48,924 nt of DNA from NCBI GenBank assembly GCA_013115145.1, contig JAAPAO010000237.1, positions 1 to 48,924 on the forward strand, given 5' to 3'. The notes under the pieces were generated by a model. That model was not told the origin of the DNA and did not search any database. It worked only from the letters and a program-made list of their open reading frames with translations. Position numbers and translations under genes: made by a program. The stretch's first letter is position 1. Every line of letters begins with the position of its first letter. This document shows positions 42,769 through 48,924 of the stretch, piece after piece. This stretch comes from Perkinsus chesapeaki ATCC PRA-425 (lineage: Eukaryota > Protista > Perkinsozoa).

Positions 42769-45071
42769 ATGGCCGCGTTACCCCCTGCACCTCCCCCACC
42801 ACCAAGTCGATCGATAAGAACGCAGGAAGATAACCCTAATGCGGTAACAACTGAAGTCCACGTCTTCCCACCAGTCGGATGTACTACCCGTCAGGCAGCT
42901 GCGTCGACAGGAGCCATCAGTGCGACCATGCCTTTCAAACACGAACTCCAATGCTCAACTGCTACCGTCTGCGAGTATGTGCTAGACCTATTCAACAAGA
43001 AGAAGTACGCTGATATAGTATTGATCCCAAACAGCACAGGTGGCGGCCCTTCATCGCGTCGCACTACTATTTCTATTCCCCTCAGATCAAGGCGGCGAAT
43101 TCGATACGTGTGAGCGTATCTATGCTAATCGCGCCATACTGGCATCTTGGTCTCCTGTGAGCGCTGCACGCCCTGCATCTTCTCAGCAGCTGGTGGCAGG
43201 TCTTCGAGCATATGCTTTTTCCTTGCGTCCAAGCCATGGAGAATGGTGCAAATACGCTTGAAGGGCTGCCCGTCATACACCTGCATTGTAAGGGCAACGA
43301 TTCACCAGTTTCTCAATATGCCTCCTTTCGACGATCAGGTGGATACTCCACCATGCATCAGGCGATATCATACGTCTATGGCCACAAAGTTGATCTGGGC
43401 CTGAAGGATCTTTGGCCGCTTCACTGCTTTCTTAGCACTTACCAACTGAAGAACGAATTCGGGGAGACAGTGCAGCGTATTCTTGAAGAGTCTGTTCCTA
43501 CGTGTGGCTGGAAAGGCTATCACATGCTATCTTTAGGGCGATCTCTGTTGAGACTTGTTGTGAGCTCCTCAACTGCGTTGTAGAGCTTGACGGTGGCGGA
43601 ACTGGTGGTGACCACTATCCTCTCCGAAAAGTAGCATATCTCTCCCCGATCTCAACCAGATCTGACGGTTTCAGGCACGACGACTCATTCTGATGGAATT
43701 CAACGAAGTTGCCAAAACAGAAGGTTACGCGTCGCTCCACTGGGAGATACTTAAAGACATCGTCAGTGCCACTCTACTGCCGATTGCACTTGCAGCGTTC
43801 CCCTTTAGCTCGCCAGCGATGATCTGACTTGTGCTGAAGAACAGGTCTTTCACAATGCAATGAGATGGGTGGAAGCCGATGAAGCGCGCGTTGCTGCCCA
43901 CTTGGAAGACATCCTTCGAGTGAGCGAAGTTTCAAGCCGGAATCAGCGCACATGGTTGCTCAGCTCATTCGGCTACCGCTGATGGATTCGAAGGTTGTTG
44001 CGGCACTTGACTCGCATCCGGTAGCATCCAGGAGCCAGGACCTGCCCAAACTCCAGCTGGCTGCATTAAAGTAGGCCACATAACACGCTGCAGCCGAATC
44101 CTCCATCTTAGGTATCACCTCAACCCTGCGGGAGCGGCGGCCGTTGGTTGCCGGCTCAGACGAGGTAGCACACATACCAGCACTGACCGCGCTACAAACG
44201 AATATCCTGCTCATGAAGTTCATTTTGTTGAAGTGGAGTAAAACACGTCTGTTAGGTGCCATATATTGGAGAGCCACCAAATCCAACAGTTGCATCAACC
44301 GCAGTGAACGGAAGATCGAGACATTCGTCCTCGCAGTACCAGCAGATCTCATGGTACCTCTCGCTCGACCACTCGCTTCCCTATTAGAAGGGTCATTTTC
44401 GTAAGCGCGGCTTGAAGCCGCCGGTTCCTGATTGCTGAAGGCTAGCAATGGTTCCCTAGGGAGCTTCTGCCACGTTGCTTCGTGTAGGTCAACCGAAGCT
44501 GGAGGCTCATCATTGACAAGTTTTCCGAGGACTCTATTGCCATTGTGGGAGTTCTTGCCATGCACGATGATCTCAACCGAGAAGATTCAGTCGAGGTTCG
44601 TGGCAGTTATGTCGGCAGGTGAGCCGCCAACCATTTGTGCATCGCAGCCAGGGAGCAGATATTCGAACGGTTGGGGTCTGGCGTGCTCTGGCAACCTCTA
44701 CAATGGTGGCTGCAAATGCTCGCCGACTATGCAAGATCTTTGCACTCCTATCTGCCACACTCATCTGCCCTTCCTGCATTGCTCCACTGGCGTCGAGACA
44801 ATTGATTTGCAAATAACAGGTGACGATGGGTATACAGATTCGCTACGAAATCACCGCGCGCTTATTATAGTGTCTCCCGCTATAGCACCTGGTTCTTTTC
44901 GACTTCAATATTCTGCATGCAGGTGAATTCGACCTCATCGCTACTATAGGGCTGAAGTCCTTCACACGACGACTTGCCTTGCCCTCTAACGGTCGCCTTT
45001 TCCCTGCCGTGAGTCTACTCAATGCGAAGGCACGCATTGTCAGCTCTGATGACAATGACTCCGAGACTTGA
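42769..45071 (+). CDS. BTB/POZ-BACK-SPRY protein (Cullin3-adaptor type)
   Basis: BTB: KYADIVL..IYANRAILASWSP|VFEHMLF..AISYVYG. BACK: LASDDLTCAEEQVFHNAMRWV..LIRLPLM..KYHLNP. SPRY-like: WRLIIDK..IVGV, NGWGLACSGNLY, GRLFPAVSL (~44991-45017). The 3' end may instead be ~45226 if GTGAGT after FPA is a donor. Confidence 0.75.
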
Positions 45072-45741
45072 CCGTTTAAGGACCAGTACACGATAACTAA
45101 TCAGTTGCTGATTTCCCCAGCGGATTGGTCGGATGTTCCTGTCACCGAGGACTGACAGCTGCACGGTGCTCGAGGAACGCCCGTCGCAACACAGAATGTA
45201 TGAAGAGGTGCAAGAGATAACCAATTAATGGGATTTGCATGCGGATCTATGATGTTGAGAATTCTGCTATCTGTCGTCAGGCAATATATAGCGTACTGTG
45301 TTGCGTTGCAGTTGTCTTCACACTAATGACGAACTATTTCGCGGTACGTTTAGAGACGGTCCTTAGAGGAGCTTCATATCTTCCGGGATATCATCATGCT
45401 TTAGATAAACTTCCAACACAAACCCCTCTCCACTGATTGCTGAATGGCAAGCCGCTAAGGACAATTATTTGCACGTGCACGTTTATCATGCTTCTGATTT
45501 ATGTGGGTACCTCATCCGTGTAAAATCCACTGGTTGCATCAAGGCCCCTTGCGAGGAATCACGCATTCTACGACGCAGCGATGGAGACAGCGTATCACAA
45601 TTTGTGATCGAGTCGCGCTAGATTCGCTCTTCAAGTGAAGCCAGGGATAATAGCATAATGAATCTGTGGGCGGAGCTGAGAGTTTGAGAGTACAATTCAA
45701 AAGTGAAATGCAGTAGAGTTTAATTTGTTTTTCAATATACT

Positions 45742-46857
45742 ATGTCTAGCGAGATTTGCCTCAAGTTCCACCTCGATTCTGAGATTCTTCGAGTAAGGGT
45801 GCCACTGAGCAAGTGCCGAAAGATCGATGTGATTCGCAGTTATGTCGAGACCGCTTGGCCCAGCCTAAAGCAGGAACCCTACCATCTTTTCTATACCGAC
45901 GACCTTGACGATCCTTGCTTGCTCAACGAAGTATCTATGCCTGACGCGCTCATCCTAGCTGGCGAGTCGCGGACGCCGACATTGAACATTTATGTACAGC
46001 CTGCCGATGAGGAGGATGAGGAAAGCGATATTCTGGTCGATGATCCTCTGTCTCGTATGGTTGACGAGCTCATGGACCTAGATATGATATCAGACTATGC
46101 TACAGGTCAGGAACTTGCCAACATTCTGAGAGAAGGTGGGCAAGATTTGGACAAGGTCACCGATGAGCTTGTGAGGAGTAGAGTGGAGAAGCCTGTTACT
46201 CAAAAAGGGAAATCTTCGAATGCCCATGGGTCTGCATATCACCCTTCCTTCAAGAGGGAAGTGTCCGATGAGAACGATGCCGTCGACACTGTGGTGGATC
46301 TGCTCACTGGTCTTGGCTTCGTTGACAGCCGAGAGGATGCCCTCAAGTTACTGGATAGATTGCTTCTGTCAACCGATGATTTGAACAGGGTCGCTGAGCA
46401 TATCAAGAGGTGGGCTGAGGATGAAGAGTGCGTTGACAAGGCCGTCTCCGAGGATGATGAGGAAGTTGTGAAAAGTGCTGAGAAGCTTGAGGGTGACACT
46501 GCCGGGAAGCGGCTTGCTAAGCTCCTCAACGACTATGGTTTTGTCGAGAATCAGAAGAGTGCGGACGAGCTGGTTGATGCTCTTGAAGCGTGCAACCAAG
46601 ACATGGATAAAGTGCTCTATCACTTCGTTCATCGGTCATCCAAACCCGTGAACAGAAAGCCGCTTCCGTCCCCCAAGGAACAGCAAGTTCAAGAGGATGC
46701 AGCGGCGAAGAGAGGTGTTGACGAGGAAGTGAAGGAGTACGAGGCGAAGGAGAGGAAATCCGGTCGAAAGGTACAGCCTTCCGAAGCCCGTTGGGGGTGG
46801 GCCTGCCCGAAGCATCCTTGTGATCCCAAAGCTGATAATGTTGACATACTCGACTAA
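45742..46857 (+). CDS. PB1 domain + three UBA-like repeats, 371 aa, apparently single exon
   Basis: N-terminal LKFHLDSEILRVRV ... LFYTDDLDDPCLL ... TLNIYV is PB1-like, with both a basic Lys and an OPCA-like acidic motif. Three helical repeats follow, with LDM/LGF/YGF and D[LM][DN][KR]V motifs. Confidence 0.8.
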   Translation: MSSEICLKFHLDSEILRVRVPLSKCRKIDVIRSYVETAWPSLKQEPYHLFYTDDLDDPCLLNEVSMPDALILAGESRTPTLNIYVQPADEEDEESDILVDDPLSRMVDELMDLDMISDYATGQELANILREGGQDLDKVTDELVRSRVEKPVTQKGKSSNAHGSAYHPSFKREVSDENDAVDTVVDLLTGLGFVDSREDALKLLDRLLLSTDDLNRVAEHIKRWAEDEECVDKAVSEDDEEVVKSAEKLEGDTAGKRLAKLLNDYGFVENQKSADELVDALEACNQDMDKVLYHFVHRSSKPVNRKPLPSPKEQQVQEDAAAKRGVDEEVKEYEAKERKSGRKVQPSEARWGWACPKHPCDPKADNVDILD

Positions 46858-47139
46858 AACAAAATACAAAGCGAACCAGTTTAATGGAGTGCTCGATCTC
46901 AAAACTATTATATTTCATAAATATTATCGTGTTCATTACATTGTTCGTGATTTGCGTTGTCAACATACCAGTTTGTTATTTTGCACAGCCGAGAGATTAT
47001 AGCTCTAGGGCCTAGAGTCTAGGCAGGAATCGGTGTCAGCGGTTCGAGAATAGCGCACTCTCTCTACTGAGCTCGCTCAACATTCGATCATGGCGCGCGT
47101 AGCCTGACCGAATAGATCCGCCGGAGCGATCTACCACAC

Positions 47140-47191
47140 CAGGGAGGACTCTGTCTCCTCGACACAGGGGAGGATTCTGTCTCCTCGACAC
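47140..47191. repeat. Tandem 26-bp duplication, each unit with a GAGGA/TCCTC hairpin
   Basis: cagggaggactctgtctcctcgacac followed by aggggaggattctgtctcctcgacac. Confidence 0.9.
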
Positions 47192-47395
47192 AAACCACAT
47201 ACCACCGCATAACGATTAGCTAGAGAAGAACGCCTCGGCAAGTATCGACAGTTAACCTCAATTAACCTAATGAGCGACTCGGTGTCTTCCACATCGTATG
47301 GATCGAGCAAGAACCGTAGTTGACTCTCTCCCACGGTTGGCGAGTCACTTGCTTAGCAATCTGGTTCACATATGCATCTAACGAAGGGTCACAAA

Positions 47396-47468
47396 TGCCC
47401 AGACCCAGGATCGAACTGAGGACCTCCAGATCTTCAGTCTGGCGCTCTCCCAACTGAGCTATCTGGGC
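47396..47468 (-). tRNA. tRNA-Phe(GAA)
   Basis: GCCCAGA TA GCTC AGTTGGGA GAGC G CCAGA CTGAAGA TCTGG AGGTC CTCAG TTCGATC CTGGG TCTGGGC A. Full cloverleaf, 73 nt. Confidence 0.97.
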
Positions 47469-47980
47469 TACATCTACTAGTTCGGTGTGTACTAATCGCG
47501 CGCTCCATGACGGAGACGCAGTGTGACAGATTGTTACACTCAATTCCGCACGCCAACACTTTCTTTGCCCGGGAAAGTCCGCCCGGTAAAAGTAAAATAA
47601 TTAACCCTCCGCCCGCCTATCTAGTAGTATGGGAATAAATTGACCAAAAATCTGCAGAGCCAAAGGTCTAATGCATCTACGTAGGTCAGTTAATATAATT
47701 CATTGGTCTGAGCGGAAATGCATCGCGAGAGACTCCCTCTTTCAGATGTCTGCATGTACTGAGCTGGTGGTTGTTTTAGTTTCCACGATAATACAGGATA
47801 ACTCGTTATTCCAAGTTAAACACCGGAAACGAGAGCACGTCGCTGCGCACTCGTCAGGAATCACACAACGCGTGCGTGCCGATTGCGCCACTGAACCTAG
47901 GGTCCACCGGCTACATGCCTTCACGCCAGAACATTCGGGCCGAGACGATAAGCTTTTTGCTTCCATCCCTCCCGCTCCAG

Positions 47981-48106
47981 GCACAAGAACTGGCTAAACC
48001 TGCACTGCGACGTCGGAGCATTGTGTTCGATACGAAAGCCAAGATTGATGCTCGTGCCATCGTCGCAGTTCAGAGAGCACAGTTCTTCATGACAAGCAAA
48101 GCTTAA
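47981..48106 (+). CDS. Possible terminal exon of a small unresolved gene between the tRNAs
   Basis: A strong polypyrimidine-CAG ends at 47980 and is followed by an open frame AQELAKPALRRRSIVF...FMTSKA*. Upstream exons could not be fixed. Confidence 0.25.
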   Translation, partial: AQELAKPALRRRSIVFDTKAKIDARAIVAVQRAQFFMTSKA

Positions 48107-48247
48107 GGTTTCTAACCTTAGACTACAGCTCGTCTTCAGACCTACGTGCCTTCGAGTGTGGATGTTTAACTTTATAGATATATCAGACTGCTGTTTTCCA
48201 CCCAGCCTTCAGGTTATGCGTGAAGCTATACATGAATTTGGTAATAA

Positions 48248-48319
48248 AGTCACTACCCGGATTTGAACCGGGGTTGTCACGGCCACAACGTGACGTCCTA
48301 ACCACTAGACGATAGCGAC
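48248..48319 (-). tRNA. tRNA-His(GTG), discriminator U73
   Basis: GTCGCTA TC GTCTAGTGGTTAGGAC G TCACG TTGTGGC CGTGA CAAC CCCGG TTCAAAT CCGGG TAGTGAC T. Full cloverleaf. Confidence 0.95.
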
Positions 48320-48573
48320 TTACAAGTAACTTCAGAATTCTTGTGAAGACGATACTTAGTGGTATACAATGCATTCAGGGTGGAGAATATAGCTGTCCCA
48401 CTAACACAAGTAGCACCCTCAACGCCAGACACATGAAGAACTAAGCTAGTGCGAGGTGCGCACGAATTTTTTATTTCTGGCGCGCTGGGGTTGGAAGACA
48501 GTGACGGGTTCCGCCAATCGATTGACAGCTTTCCATGCCTGAACAGTTTGGACCGGACAACCAAATAGGGAAA

Positions 48574-48645
48574 TGCCCAGACCCAGGATGGAACTGAGGA
48601 CCTCCAGATCTTCAGGAGGCGCTCTCCCAACTGAGCTATCTGGGC
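48574..48645 (-). pseudogene. tRNA-Phe pseudogene/variant
   Basis: Identical to 47396-47468 except TTCGA->TTCCA in the T-loop and CCAGA->CCTC in the 5' anticodon stem (net -1 nt). Confidence 0.85.
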
Positions 48646-48840
48646 TATAACAAAGGTTCTAGTAACCTGGCGTTATGACAAATTACTAGATATCAAATTT
48701 ATTTGAGCCGAACAGTTCCTGGCACCTCTTCGAAGGCGAAGAATGACGCGGAAATATACATCCACCTACTATGTAGACTCTCACAGTCAGGCTACGAAAG
48801 GAAGCTAATATAGGTGCCCGAAATCAGAGACACCTCTGAG

Positions 48841-48866
48841 CTTCTTCTTCTTCTTCTTCTTCTTCT
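48841..48866. repeat. (CTT)8CT microsatellite
   Basis: Read directly from the sequence. Confidence 0.95.
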
Positions 48867-48924
48867 AGTCCCCATGGTCGCGGCCCGGCCTTTGAGGCGC
48901 TAGGGGCCGCCAAACTTGGACTGA

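Noticed and set aside
1-48924. CRISPR arrays, rRNA, SL RNA gene, prokaryotic operon features
   Set aside because: None seen. The repeats are protein-level or short and local, and the gene structure is eukaryotic.

Overview
This is eukaryotic, gene-dense DNA with many short GT-AG introns (25-70 nt typical). An alveolate is inferred, most consistent with Perkinsus, but no search was run. Left to right it contains: (1) a PKA catalytic subunit gene (minus, 687-2132); (2) a multi-ankyrin protein with a probable C2-like C-terminal part (minus, ~3129-7622); (3) one ~31-kb minus-strand gene (8025-39078) that I hand-splice into a secreted protein of roughly 8,500-9,000 aa, ordered signal peptide, 2 FN3, ~9 filamin-type Ig repeats with 3 inserted PA14 domains, ~21 FN3, 15 copies of an unassigned ~120-aa beta-rich repeat, then ~30 more FN3; (4) two plus-strand orphan genes sharing a 4-Cys domain (39494-40326 and ~40825-42308); (5) a BTB-BACK-SPRY gene (42769-45071); (6) an intronless PB1 + 3 UBA-like gene (45742-46857); (7) a tRNA cluster with tRNA-Phe, a tRNA-His carrying U73, and a tRNA-Phe pseudogene. 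The most unexpected signal is in the introns of the giant gene. Several short introns are related to each other and have the geometry of a tRNA 3' half (T-arm/B-box, 7-nt acceptor strand, discriminator, in two cases an oligo-T run). They occur in both orientations, and one lies nested inside a longer intron. All gene models are spliced by eye, domain counts are approximate, and domain names rest on motif recognition rather than HMM searches.
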